DNA from: Acidobacteriota bacterium | Lineage (GTDB): Bacteria > Acidobacteriota > UBA4820 > DSQY01 | Assembly (NCBI GenBank): GCA_049967655.1 | Contig: JBMFSH010000009.1 | Span: 37,374-101,373, forward strand | Direction: 5' to 3' | Length of the DNA: 64,000 nucleotides | Part shown: positions 40,575-50,306 of the stretch, one piece after another | How positions within the stretch are numbered: position 1 is the first letter of the stretch | How the letters are laid out: each line of letters opens with the position of its first letter | Translations under genes and position numbers: made by a program | Notes under the pieces: model-generated | Database searches by the model: none | The model's input: only the letters and a program-made list of their open reading frames with translations | What the model was told of the DNA's origin: nothing

Positions 40575-41213
40575 CTAGAACCCCTGTTCGATGAGTTCGT
40601 CCACGGAAAGGCCGCGCTCCCCGCGCAGCCCCCTCAAATAGGCCACAATATAGCGCCCCACCACGTCCGTTTCCACGTTGAGTCGACGCCCGGGAATGGC
40701 GCTTCCCAGGGTGGTGGCCTTCAGACTGGCGGGGATGACGGCCACCTCGACCTCCCGTCCCCTGAGCGCCGCCACCGTAAGACTGACGCCAGCCAGCGCG
40801 ATGGAGCCCTTGGAGACCACGAAGGGCGCGAGCTCCTCGGGGAGCTCCACGCGGAGCGTGGCCCCTTCGCCTACCCTCTCCAGCGCCAGGACCGTCCCCA
40901 CCCCCTCCACGTGTCCCTGGACCACGTGCCCCCCCAACCGGTCCGTCGGCCGGAGGGCCGCTTCAAGGTTTACGGCGGCGCCCGGACGGAGGTCGCCCAG
41001 CGTGGTCTTCTGAAGGGTCTCTCGGCTCAGGAAGGCCGTGAAACCCTCCTTCGTCGGCCGCTCCACGGTGACGCAGGCGCCGTCCACAGCGATGCTGTCT
41101 CCTGGCTTGGCTCCCTCGATGACCTGCCCGCAGGAGACGAACAGCTCCGCCTCAGAGCCCTTCTGAACCAGCCGCAGCGCCGTTCCCACTTCCGCGATCA
41201 GACCGGTAAACAT
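40575..41213 (-). CDS. ribE: Riboflavin synthase (alpha chain)
   Basis: MFTGLI, GDSIAVDGACVT, LGGHVVQGHV, NVETD. Confidence 0.96.
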   Translation of the reverse strand: MFTGLIAEVGTALRLVQKGSEAELFVSCGQVIEGAKPGDSIAVDGACVTVERPTKEGFTAFLSRETLQKTTLGDLRPGAAVNLEAALRPTDRLGGHVVQGHVEGVGTVLALERVGEGATLRVELPEELAPFVVSKGSIALAGVSLTVAALRGREVEVAVIPASLKATTLGSAIPGRRLNVETDVVGRYIVAYLRGLRGERGLSVDELIEQGF

Positions 41214-42298
41214 CGCCCCTCCAGATCGGCCGTCAGGATCCAGTCCCTGCCGGCCTTTTCACAGACGGCCCCATCCAACCGCAGCTCCCCGGCCGCGGAA
41301 GGGTTGCCCTCCAGCGGCCCCGGGCGCCGGGGGCCGCCCAACAGCGAGGGCGACAGGTGGATGGAGAGCCGGTCCACGTAGCCCTCCCGCAGGAAGGCCG
41401 CGGCCAGCCTGCCGACGGCCTCCACGTACAGGTAGACCACGTGGCGCTCCCTCAGAAATCGGAGCACCGAGGCCAGCGAGAAGCCTCCACCCGGCTCCCG
41501 CTCCATGGGTATGACCTCCACCCCTTCCCGTTCGCCGCCCTCCGGCAGGGGCGCCGAGGGAGGCCGAAGGACCCAGAGGGGACCGCTTTCGGGGCTGGCG
41601 GCGAAGACCCGCTCGCGGCCTTCGAGCCGGGCGGGGCTGTCGAGCAGTACCCGGATCAGGCTCTTTTTCCGGTCTGCCAGCCTCACGGTCAGCCTCGGAT
41701 CGTCGGACGCCACCGTGCCGGAGGAGACCAGGATGGCGTCGGCGAGGAATCGGTCCTCGTGAACCCTGCGGCGGGCCTCCTCGCCCGTGATGGCGCCGCC
41801 TGCCGGCGGGACTACCGTCCCATCCAGGCTCTGGGCCCACTTCAGATGGACGAAGGGCCTCGCCTTACGATGAAAGACGTGGTAGGCGGGATCCACCGCC
41901 CTTCCCTCCCCTTCGAGGAACCCCACGATCACTCCAATTCCGGCCTCCCGGAGCCTCTGGGCCCCGCGCCCGCAAACCTTGGGGTTGGGGTCCTCCACCG
42001 CGGCCACCACGTTCGCCACGCCGGCCCGGAGGATCGCCTCCGTGCAAGGAGGCGTCCGTCCATAGATGCAGCATGGCTCCAGCGTCACGTACAGATCCGC
42101 CCCCCTCGCCCGTTCGCCGGCCTCCCGGAGGGCGACCACCTCGGCGTGGGGATTGCCAGGTCCCTCGTGGTACCCCCTGCCCACCACCAGGCCGTCGCGG
42201 ACCACCACCGCCCCCACGCAGGGGTTGGGGTGCGTCCTTCCCCTGGCCTGCACCGCGAGGCGCATGGCCTCTTCCATAAAGCGGGCTTCAGGCTCCAT
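41198..42298 (-). CDS. ribD: Riboflavin biosynthesis deaminase/reductase RibD
   Basis: PNPCVG, HAE, LYVTLEPC..GRTPPC, KWAQSLDG, DDPRLTVR. Confidence 0.96.
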   Translation of the reverse strand: MEPEARFMEEAMRLAVQARGRTHPNPCVGAVVVRDGLVVGRGYHEGPGNPHAEVVALREAGERARGADLYVTLEPCCIYGRTPPCTEAILRAGVANVVAAVEDPNPKVCGRGAQRLREAGIGVIVGFLEGEGRAVDPAYHVFHRKARPFVHLKWAQSLDGTVVPPAGGAITGEEARRRVHEDRFLADAILVSSGTVASDDPRLTVRLADRKKSLIRVLLDSPARLEGRERVFAASPESGPLWVLRPPSAPLPEGGEREGVEVIPMEREPGGGFSLASVLRFLRERHVVYLYVEAVGRLAAAFLREGYVDRLSIHLSPSLLGGPRRPGPLEGNPSAAGELRLDGAVCEKAGRDWILTADLEGRCLPV

Positions 42299-42313
42299 GC
42301 CCCCCCCCGACCG

Positions 42314-43204
42314 TCAGGCCAGCAGGCCCGCCACGTATTCCTGGGCGTCGAAAGGCACCAGGTCGTCCACCTTCTCCCCGACGCCCACATAACGGATGGG
42401 GAGCCCCAATTCAGCGGCGATCGAGAGGGCGATGCCTCCCTTGGCGGTACCGTCCAGCTTGGTGAGGACGAGGTCGCTGACGGGCACCTTGGCCGTGAAC
42501 TGGCGGGCCTGGCTCAGCCCGTTCTGCCCCGTGGTGGCATCCAGGACCAGGCTGACCTGGTGGGGGCAGCCAGGAAGGGCACGGCCCACCACTCGATGGA
42601 TCTTGGCCAGCTCCTCCATGAGGTTGTGCTTCACGTGGAGGCGTCCGGCCGTGTCGATGAGAACGAAGTCCAACCCTTTGGCCACGGCCGTTTGCACGGC
42701 GTCGAAGGCCACGGCCGCGGGATCGGCCCCCTCCTTCTGCCGCACCAACTCGCTGCCGGAGCGTTTCGACCAGATCTCCAGCTGCTCGACCGCGGCGGCG
42801 CGGAAGGTGTCGGCCGCCGCCAGGACTCCCCGCTGACCCGAGGAGACGCGCTGGGCGGCCAGCTTTCCGATGGTCGTCGTCTTGCCCACACCGTTCACGC
42901 CGACGAAGAGCTGAACCCAGGGCCTGGGCGGGGGGCCCTCCTTGGGCGGAGGCGGCGGATAGAGGCCCAGCATGCGCTGGCGAAGCGCCTCCTTCAACCC
43001 GGAACCGCCGGACCGGGACTCCTTGGCCAGGCGGTCCAGAAGCCGATGGATCGTCTCGATCCCGACATCGGCCGTCAGGAGAACCTCCTCCAGCTCCTCC
43101 AGCGTGGCCTCGTCCTGCTCGGAGGGACGGCTGAAAAGGCCGGCAAGCTTGTCGGTGAGGGCCTCGCGGGTCTTTTTGAGCCCTAGGCGGATCTTCCCGA
43201 TCAT
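42314..43204 (-). CDS. ftsY: Signal recognition particle receptor FtsY (NG domain only)
   Basis: GVNGVGKTTTIGKLA, DTFRAAA, DTAGR, TKLDGTAKGG. Confidence 0.97.
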   Translation of the reverse strand: MIGKIRLGLKKTREALTDKLAGLFSRPSEQDEATLEELEEVLLTADVGIETIHRLLDRLAKESRSGGSGLKEALRQRMLGLYPPPPPKEGPPPRPWVQLFVGVNGVGKTTTIGKLAAQRVSSGQRGVLAAADTFRAAAVEQLEIWSKRSGSELVRQKEGADPAAVAFDAVQTAVAKGLDFVLIDTAGRLHVKHNLMEELAKIHRVVGRALPGCPHQVSLVLDATTGQNGLSQARQFTAKVPVSDLVLTKLDGTAKGGIALSIAAELGLPIRYVGVGEKVDDLVPFDAQEYVAGLLA

Positions 43205-44064
43205 CCGGTGAACCCCATCTGGGCCAGGAGGCTCTTGGCCTTCTGCCCCCAGAACCCTTCCGGGGCTATACCCAGGACCTTGAGCAGCGCGTCCTTGGCC
43301 TGCGGATATAGCTTTTCGTGCAACAGGGCCTCGCCGTAGTTGCAGTAGATCTCAGCCCCGTCCGTCTGCTGGGCGCTGTAGTCCAAAGCGATGAGATCCA
43401 GCGCCTTCTTGAAACTGATGGCCGCATCCGACCAGCGCCCCTTCATGCCCTGCAGGATGCCCAGCTTGTTGTAGGCCCTGTAGAAGTTGGGGTTCTCCTC
43501 GATCACCTTGTTGAAGACCGCTTCGGCATCCAGGTATTTCTTCTCGCGGAGGTAGATGACTCCCATGTTGTAGTAGGACTCGAACCGGCTGAAAGCACCC
43601 GGCGAGTTCACCACCTGCCGGAAGAGATCGAGCGCCTTCTCATCCTGCTCCAGCTCCATGTAGCAGACCCCCTCCGCGTTCAGGATGGCGAGCCGGTTGT
43701 CCTGGGTGCCGGGCCCCTGCTTGAGGGCTTGGTCAAACATTCCGATGGCCTCTTTGAAATGCTTCTCCGAGAGGTAGAAAAGCCCCTTGGCGTAGGTGTA
43801 TTTGGCCTCCGGCCGGAGCTTCATGGCGAGATCGATGTAGTGGTGCGCCGCCTCCATGTTCCGCTGCCCGGCAAACTCGAGGGCCAGGTTGTAGGCCACC
43901 TCCGGGTTCTTGATGGTCTTGTCCCCGGGCAGCTCCCCCGGATTCAGCTTTCTTCCGCTCGCATCGGGCGCGCCCGCAATGGTATCCTTTCGGTGAGAAG
44001 CGCAACCCGTCAGCATCAGCAGGAGACTGGCCAGCAACAGGCAGGACACCAGCAATCTTCTCAT
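43201..44064 (-). CDS. TPR lipoprotein (PilF/PilW-like)
   Basis: Lipobox LTGC and multiple TPRs. PilW assignment is tentative. Confidence 0.8.
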   Translation of the reverse strand: MRRLLVSCLLLASLLLMLTGCASHRKDTIAGAPDASGRKLNPGELPGDKTIKNPEVAYNLALEFAGQRNMEAAHHYIDLAMKLRPEAKYTYAKGLFYLSEKHFKEAIGMFDQALKQGPGTQDNRLAILNAEGVCYMELEQDEKALDLFRQVVNSPGAFSRFESYYNMGVIYLREKKYLDAEAVFNKVIEENPNFYRAYNKLGILQGMKGRWSDAAISFKKALDLIALDYSAQQTDGAEIYCNYGEALLHEKLYPQAKDALLKVLGIAPEGFWGQKAKSLLAQMGFTG

Positions 44065-44435
44065 CGTCAGCGCTCCCTAGGCATGACCGGGGCCCTTGGA
44101 AGAGGCGGAAGGTCATGCTCTCCGCCGGAGCAGCCCCCAAAGTCCCGTTCGTCGGCTATCATACCATGATGGGGGAGGATGGATGGTGGGTCATGCCTCC
44201 TACGCGGATTTGGAGCCCCCAAATTCCGCGATGCAATTTCCGTCGATGTGGGGGCCGCCGCCTGACGGCGGCTTCCCGATGACGATTAAGCGAGTAAGCA
44301 CTTAAGCGGAACGGGATAAAACGGCCCCTTTCAGATAAGCTGCCCCAGCTCGCAATCCATGGCTGGATAAGCCTTGCCGCACCTTTTCCTCGCTTCATCG
44401 CGGAATTGGGGGTGCCCCGGGGGCCCCCCGGGCCC

Positions 44436-44464
44436 TTGACCGCGTCCGTCCTTTGCGTTAATCT
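44436..44464 (+). promoter_or_regulatory. Putative sigma70 promoter for secG-tRNA
   Basis: TTGACC, 17 bp, TAATCT. Confidence 0.55.
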
Positions 44465-44513
44465 AGTCCAGCGCTTTTTCGGGGGCGCAATTACGAAAGG
44501 GCGAGGATTTCTA

Positions 44514-44963
44514 ATGGTGACTCTGCTATGGATCGTTTACATCCTGGACTGCCTGCTTCTGATCGGCATCATCCTGTTGCAACCCGGCGAGGGTGGTGAT
44601 TTGGCGGCAGCCTTCGGCGGGGCCTCTTCACAGACCGCCTTTGGCGCCAGAGGGTCGGCCACCTTCCTGCAGAAGCTCACGTCCGCCCTGGCGATCCTCT
44701 TCATGCTCCTCTCCATCGTTCTGGTGGTGGTGACGAACCTGAAGCAGCGGAACATCATGGAGACTTCACTTCCCGTGACCAAGCAGACGGCTCCGGCAAA
44801 GCCGGTCCCCGTGGAAGCGCCCCCCGCCGCGCCCGAGGCTAAGAAGTCACAGGCCGCAGGCGCCACGGAGGCCAAGCCTGCGGCTGCTCCCCAAAGCAAG
44901 GCCGGTTCGACGGTTCCTGCGGGAACCCCGGCGCCCAAGGCGCCTGAGAAGTCAGCGAAATGA
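44514..44963 (+). CDS. secG: Preprotein translocase subunit SecG
   Basis: ILLQPGEGGDLAAAFGG, FGARGSATFLQKLT, Ala/Pro-rich tail, followed by tRNA-Leu. Confidence 0.95.
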   Translation: MVTLLWIVYILDCLLLIGIILLQPGEGGDLAAAFGGASSQTAFGARGSATFLQKLTSALAILFMLLSIVLVVVTNLKQRNIMETSLPVTKQTAPAKPVPVEAPPAAPEAKKSQAAGATEAKPAAAPQSKAGSTVPAGTPAPKAPEKSAK

Positions 44964-44971
44964 CCCCCAGT

Positions 44972-45058
44972 GCCGAAGTGGTGGAACTGGCAGACACGCC
45001 ATCTTGAGGGGGTGGTACCCGAAAGGGTGTGGGGGTTCGAGTCCCCCCTTCGGCACCA
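44972..45058 (+). tRNA. tRNA-Leu (GAG)
   Basis: Acceptor stem GCCGAAG/CTTCGGC, anticodon GAG at 45006-45008, long variable arm, GTTCGAGTC T-loop, encoded CCA. Confidence 0.97.
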
Positions 45059-45071
45059 TGTTTTGACCCGA

Positions 45072-45845
45072 ATGCAGATCAAACGCATCACCTCCCCGCA
45101 GAACCCGATCGCCAAGAAGGTTCGTTCGGCGGCGCAGGGCGAGGAGGCGGGGCACTTCCTGCTCGAAGGCCGGCACCTGCTTCGGGAGGCGCTGGCCGTT
45201 GAATGGCCGCTGGAGTGCGTCCTCGTGGACGAGGACCATTGGCAGCGCTGGCAGACCACCCTGGGAACCTTGGAGGAGCGCGTTTTCCTCTGCCCCGCGG
45301 CCCTTCTCCGGCGCCTGGGGACTGCTCCCTCTCCGGAGGGAGTTCTGGCCCTGGGAATCCGGCGTGATCCGTCTTGGCCAAGGCCCAGGCCGGGTGATCG
45401 GTTCCTCTACCTGGACGCGGTCCAAGATCCCGTCAACGTGGGCATTCTGGTCCGCTCCGCCCGGGCCTTCGGGGTGGCGGGCGCCTTCGTCGGGCCCGGC
45501 ACGGCAGATCCCTTCCGCCCCACAGCGCTCTCCCGAAGCGCCGGGGCCGCCTTGCACATCCCGTTGGTGGCCACCGACGCGAAGGATTTCCTGAGGTGGA
45601 AATCCAGCCACGGCGTGGCTCTCCTCGCCGCTGAGGCGGGAGGCCTTGCCGCCTGGGACAGGGAGCCGGTCCTAGGCCCGTGGGCCCTCGCCGTCGGCAA
45701 CGAGGGCAGGGGCCTTTCCGAGCCCATCCGGACCGCGGCGGATGCCCTCGTCGGGATTCCCATGGAAGCGGGGTGGGATTCCCTGAACGTGGCCGCGGCG
45801 GGCAGCATTCTCCTGTATTCTCTAGCCCAAGGCATTAACAGGTGA
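45072..45845 (+). CDS. TrmH/SpoU-family RNA methyltransferase
   Basis: ITSPQNP, LDAVQDPVNVGILVRSA, VGNEGRGLS, IPM...SLNVAAA. Confidence 0.93.
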   Translation: MQIKRITSPQNPIAKKVRSAAQGEEAGHFLLEGRHLLREALAVEWPLECVLVDEDHWQRWQTTLGTLEERVFLCPAALLRRLGTAPSPEGVLALGIRRDPSWPRPRPGDRFLYLDAVQDPVNVGILVRSARAFGVAGAFVGPGTADPFRPTALSRSAGAALHIPLVATDAKDFLRWKSSHGVALLAAEAGGLAAWDREPVLGPWALAVGNEGRGLSEPIRTAADALVGIPMEAGWDSLNVAAAGSILLYSLAQGINR

Positions 45846-45885
45846 GGCTCGAAGGATTATACTCGTTGGCGTGGAGGGAGCTCTT

Positions 45886-47034
45886 ATGAGACGACTATCA
45901 GCCATTTTGATGGTGTTCGGCCTTCTCCTGACCCTGTCTTGCGGCAAGAAGGAATCGAAAGAGGTCTCCAGCCAGATGGAGACGGCGCAGAAGATCGCCA
46001 AGCTCGAGCAGGACGTGGACAAGAAACAGGAGCAGATGAACCAGCTCCTGCAGAAGTACGTGCAAGAGGGCGGCAAGGACGTGGGGACAGTCATGGGCCA
46101 GAGCCTCACGCCGGAACAGAAAGCCCTTCTTGAGCAGAAGCTCCAGAAGGAGGAGGGCATCGGCTACAAGGACCTGATCACCGACATCCTCGGCAAGCAG
46201 AAGGAGGTGGAGGACCTCCGCGTTCAGATCCAGGACCTCGAAAAGAAGCTGCCCTCCGCCGTGGTCGTGAAACCGGGCGAGCGCCATTACGACATCGCCA
46301 TGAACTTCCTCACGAAGGAGAAGGGACTCGACCCTGCCACGGCCAAGAAGCTCGTGGAGAGGGTCAACCTCATGGACGAGCTGGTGCCCGGTTTCAAGGT
46401 ATGGAACTTCTACGACAACGGCGTCTACGGAACCTTCGTGACCCAGGGCGACGCCTCCATCAGTCCCTACCGCGTCATCCAGAGGGCCAAGCAGCAGCTC
46501 GTCTCGGCCAAGAACGAGGCCATCTCGCAGCGTGACCGCCTGGCCAAGGACAAGGCCACGCTCACGGAGCAGGTGGCGGACCTGGAGAAGAAGCGCGACC
46601 AGCTCAACCAGGACGTGGCCATGCTCCAGGCCGAGCGGGAAGACCTGCTCAAGAAAATGAACGACCTTCAGAGCCTCTCGGACGACTTGAAGGCCCGTCT
46701 CAACTCGATCTTCTACAAGGTGGGCGACCGGCAGACCATGGTGAAGGAGGGGCTGGTTCAGGACCCGTGGTATGGGCAGCCGCGCCTGGCCAAGTTCGAC
46801 GAAGCCAACTTCCCGGACCACCTGGACCTGCGCAGCGGGGACACGATCACCTTCACGGCCCAGCAGGCGGGGGTGAAGGCGATCAAGAAGGTCAAGATCG
46901 CCCCGGGCGTCACCTTCAAGATCAACGTGGATTATACCTACACCATCTCGCCCGACGGCCTGGCGGGCGAAGTCAAGATCCTGAACAAGGACAAGTTCAA
47001 GGCCGAGAGGACCATGGTGATCCTGATCAACTGA
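45886..47034 (+). CDS. Hypothetical coiled-coil lipoprotein with a possible LysM-like segment
   Basis: Lipobox LTLSC, two long coiled coils, strong codon bias, own RBS and terminator. Confidence 0.85.
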   Translation: MRRLSAILMVFGLLLTLSCGKKESKEVSSQMETAQKIAKLEQDVDKKQEQMNQLLQKYVQEGGKDVGTVMGQSLTPEQKALLEQKLQKEEGIGYKDLITDILGKQKEVEDLRVQIQDLEKKLPSAVVVKPGERHYDIAMNFLTKEKGLDPATAKKLVERVNLMDELVPGFKVWNFYDNGVYGTFVTQGDASISPYRVIQRAKQQLVSAKNEAISQRDRLAKDKATLTEQVADLEKKRDQLNQDVAMLQAEREDLLKKMNDLQSLSDDLKARLNSIFYKVGDRQTMVKEGLVQDPWYGQPRLAKFDEANFPDHLDLRSGDTITFTAQQAGVKAIKKVKIAPGVTFKINVDYTYTISPDGLAGEVKILNKDKFKAERTMVILIN

Positions 47035-47061
47035 GGTTCACCCGGCAAGTGGAGATGCAGG

Positions 47062-47096
47062 AAGGGCCGCCCGCGGGGGGCGGCCCTTTGGTTTTT
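47062..47096 (+). terminator. Intrinsic terminator between convergent genes
   Basis: AAGGGCCGCCC...GGGCGGCCCTT followed by TGGTTTTT. Confidence 0.78.
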
Positions 47097-47135
47097 CCCT
47101 GCCCGTTGGCGCTGGGTGGCGCCGACTCCCCGGCT

Positions 47136-49796
47136 CTACTTTTTCAGGATCTCCTCCAGCTTCTCCCTGGCGGAGTGCAGGGCCTCGTCTAGCTTTTCGA
47201 CGAGCTTGCCCCCCGCCTCGGCTAGGTCGGGCTTTCCTCCGCCTCCGCCGCCGATGATTTTGCCCAGCGGACGGGCCAGGTCCACGGCCTTCATGCGGTC
47301 GAGCATGTCCTTGGTGGTGGCCACGGTGAGACTGGCCTTGTCCCCGAGCCGGTTGCCGATGACCACGACGCCGGTCTTGATGCGGTCGCGCAGGGTGTCG
47401 GCGAGGTTCTTGACCTCCGACGGGCTGAGGCCCTCGACTCGGCGCACCAGGAGCTTGATCCCCTGTACCTCCTGAACCTCCTCGTCGGGGGCCGAGCCGC
47501 TGGCGAGCTGGAGGCGGAGCTTGGACACCTCCCTCTCCAGCCGCTTGTTGTCGGCCAGCAGCTGTTCGACCTGAATGGGCACGCGGTCGAAGGGCATGTT
47601 GAGCTGGGCGCTGGCGGCGTGCAGGATGCCCTCCTGGGCCTTCAGGAAGCGGTAGGCCGGCATGTGAACCACCGCCTCGATGCGGCGGATGCCCGCGGAG
47701 ACCGAGTGCTCGGAGGTGATCTTGAAGAGGCCGATGCGCCCCGTACTCGCCACGTGAGTCCCGCCGCACAGCTCCCTGGAGAAGCCCGGCACGGATACCA
47801 CGCGGACCTCCTCCCCGTACTTCTCGCCAAAGAGCGCCATGGCGCCGGAATTTACCGCCTCCTCGAGGGGCATGACCTCGGTGCGGACCACCGCGTCCTC
47901 CAGGATGGCTTCGTTGACCCACTCCTCGATGCCCCCCAGCAGCTCCCTCTCCACGGGGGCGAAGTGGTGGAAGTCGAAGCGCAGGTGCGTCGGAGCCACG
48001 AGGGAACCGGCCTGCTTCACGTGGAGGCCCAGCTTCTGGCGCAGCGCCGCGTGCAGGAGGTGCGTGGCCGTGTGGTGGGCCATGGTGGCGGCGCGAGCGT
48101 GGGCATCCACCTCCAGGGTGGCTGTATCGCCCTCCCTGATCTCGCCCGTGAGCACCTCACCCCGGTGAAAGATGAGCCAGGGGGTGGGCTTCTGCGTGTC
48201 CCTCACGCGAAAGACGCCGTTCTCGGCGCGGATGTGGCCCACGTCGCCCACCTGTCCGCCGCTCTCCCCGTAGAAGGGCGTGCGGTCAAAGACCAGCTCC
48301 ACGCTCTCCCCCGCGACGGCGGAGGGAACCCGCTCCCCCGCCTTCAGAATGAGCAGGCACCGAGCCCCCTCCGTTCTCGTGGTGACGTAGCCCTCGAAGT
48401 GGCTGGTAATGCCCTGCTCCGAGAGGCCTCGGTAGTCCTGGGTGTCCATCTCACCCTTCCAGGACTGCCGGGCCAGCTCGCGCTGGCGCTCCATGCAGGC
48501 CTCGAAGCCAGCCATGTCCAGGCTTAGGCCCTGTTCGCGCGCGATGTCCTCCGCCAGGTCCATGGGGAAGCCGAAGGTGTCGTAGAGCTTGAAGAGCGCC
48601 TCGCCCGGGATCGCCTTGTTTTTGGGAGGGGTGAGGGCCGCCGTCACCTCCAGGAGCTTTTTGAGCCCCACCGACAGGGTGGAGGCAAAGGACTCCTCCT
48701 CCATGAGGATGACGGTCTCGACGGTCTTGCGCCCCTCCACGATCTCGGGATAGGCGGCACCCAACTCGTCGCAGACGACACCCACCAGATCTTTCAGAAA
48801 GGGCTTCTCAATGCCGAGCTTCTTGCCGTGGCGAAGGGCCCGCCGCAGGATCTTGCGCAGCACGTAGCCACGCCCCTCGTTGGAGGGGATCACCCCGTCG
48901 GCAATGAGGAAGGTGGCGGCCCTGGCGTGGTCCGCGATGACGCGCAGAGAGACGTCGCTCTCATCCGCTTTCCCATAGGGAACTCCGCACATGGCCGCGG
49001 CCGACTGGATGAGGGGCTGGAGGAGGTCCGTGTCGTAGTTGGACAGCTTACCCTGCATGACGGCGGTCAGGCGCTCCAATCCCATCCCCGTGTCCACGCA
49101 GGGGGCGGGCAGGGGTTCGAAGGCCCCCCTCTCGTCGCGGTTGTACTGCATGAAGACGAGGTTCCAGATCTCGATCCAGCGGTCGCACTCGCAGGCCACC
49201 CCCAGGCAGCGCCGCCCCGACGCCTCCTCGACGCACGGGAGCTGGTCTCCCTGGAAGTAGTGGACCTCCGAGCACGGCCCGCACGGTCCCGTATCACCCA
49301 TAGACCAGAAGTTGTCGTGCGCTCCCAGTTCGAGGATTCGCTCCTGAGGTAGGTGTTTGGACCAGTACCGGCGGGCATCCTCGTCGCGGGGAATCCCGTT
49401 CTCGCCATTAAAGATGGTGGCCACCATGCGCTCCGCACTCAGGCCGCACACCTCAGTGAGGAACTCCCACGCGAAGTCGATGGCGCCCTCCTTGAAGTAG
49501 TCCCCGAAGGAGAAATTGCCGAGCATCTCAAAGAAGGTGTGGTGCCGGGCCGTACGCCCCACGTTCTCCAGGTCGTTGTGCTTGCCCCCAGCCCGGACGC
49601 ACTTCTGGCTGGAGGTGGCCCGTCGGTAGTCCCGTTTCTCCTTGCCGAGGAAGACGTCCTTGAACTGGTTCATCCCCGCGTTGGAAAAGAGCAGGGTGGG
49701 GTCTCCTGCGGGAATCAGCGAGGAGGAGCGCACCACGCGGTGTCCCCTTTCCTCGAAGTACGCCAGGAATGCCGATCGGATCTCATTGCCGGTCAT
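47136..49796 (-). CDS. alaS: Alanine--tRNA ligase
   Basis: NAGMNQFK, HHTFFEMLGNFSFGDYFK, HTATHLL, ELCGGTH, GGGGGK. Confidence 0.99.
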   Translation of the reverse strand: MTGNEIRSAFLAYFEERGHRVVRSSSLIPAGDPTLLFSNAGMNQFKDVFLGKEKRDYRRATSSQKCVRAGGKHNDLENVGRTARHHTFFEMLGNFSFGDYFKEGAIDFAWEFLTEVCGLSAERMVATIFNGENGIPRDEDARRYWSKHLPQERILELGAHDNFWSMGDTGPCGPCSEVHYFQGDQLPCVEEASGRRCLGVACECDRWIEIWNLVFMQYNRDERGAFEPLPAPCVDTGMGLERLTAVMQGKLSNYDTDLLQPLIQSAAAMCGVPYGKADESDVSLRVIADHARAATFLIADGVIPSNEGRGYVLRKILRRALRHGKKLGIEKPFLKDLVGVVCDELGAAYPEIVEGRKTVETVILMEEESFASTLSVGLKKLLEVTAALTPPKNKAIPGEALFKLYDTFGFPMDLAEDIAREQGLSLDMAGFEACMERQRELARQSWKGEMDTQDYRGLSEQGITSHFEGYVTTRTEGARCLLILKAGERVPSAVAGESVELVFDRTPFYGESGGQVGDVGHIRAENGVFRVRDTQKPTPWLIFHRGEVLTGEIREGDTATLEVDAHARAATMAHHTATHLLHAALRQKLGLHVKQAGSLVAPTHLRFDFHHFAPVERELLGGIEEWVNEAILEDAVVRTEVMPLEEAVNSGAMALFGEKYGEEVRVVSVPGFSRELCGGTHVASTGRIGLFKITSEHSVSAGIRRIEAVVHMPAYRFLKAQEGILHAASAQLNMPFDRVPIQVEQLLADNKRLEREVSKLRLQLASGSAPDEEVQEVQGIKLLVRRVEGLSPSEVKNLADTLRDRIKTGVVVIGNRLGDKASLTVATTKDMLDRMKAVDLARPLGKIIGGGGGGKPDLAEAGGKLVEKLDEALHSAREKLEEILKK

Positions 49797-49844
49797 GACT
49801 TGCCCTCTTCCTCGGTCTGGTCTTGCGATGGCGCGCCTTCGCGC

Positions 49845-50306
49845 TCACTCCTCTTCCGGGAGGGAACCGAGCACCGCGGCCAGGGCCGCGCCGCTGTAGC
49901 CCCTTCCCCTCAGGAAGCGAACGATTTTGGCTCGTTCCTTGGGTTCTGTCAACGATTTGCGGTTGATTCCCCGCCGCCTCAGCAGGGCGCTCAAGGAGGC
50001 CGCCTCCGCCTCGGGCCCCGGCAATCCCTCCTCCCCGGAGAGCCCTCGCTGGCGCAGCTTGGCGCGGATGTACGCCAGTCCGTGCCCGCGCTCCAGCTCG
50101 AAACGTGCCAACGCCTCCGCGCACCGGGGATCGTCCAGGAGCCCCCTAGCCTGAAGCTCATCCAGGGCCAGCCGGACCTCCTCGTGGGGGAATCCACGCC
50201 TCAACAGCTTGCGTTTGAGCTCTTCCCGACCGTGCTCCCGTCTCCCCAGGAGCCGTTCGGCGGCCCGCCGGGCCGCCGACGGTTGCGGTCCGCCTGTGCC
50301 CATCAA
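49845..50306 (-). CDS. recX: Regulatory protein RecX
   Basis: LLGRREH..ELKRKL..RG, GLLDD, IRAKLRQRG, FLRGRGY. Located upstream of alaS. Confidence 0.88.
   Translation of the reverse strand: MMGTGGPQPSAARRAAERLLGRREHGREELKRKLLRRGFPHEEVRLALDELQARGLLDDPRCAEALARFELERGHGLAYIRAKLRQRGLSGEEGLPGPEAEAASLSALLRRRGINRKSLTEPKERAKIVRFLRGRGYSGAALAAVLGSLPEEE

Noticed and set aside
44970..45071. TrmH ORF starting inside the tRNA
   Set aside because: This is the tRNA-Leu sequence read in frame. Family similarity begins at the ATG at 45072.
44972..47100. Possible genomic island integrated at tRNA-Leu
   Set aside because: No integrase, no duplicated tRNA 3' end noticed and no obvious compositional shift. Flanking genes look native.
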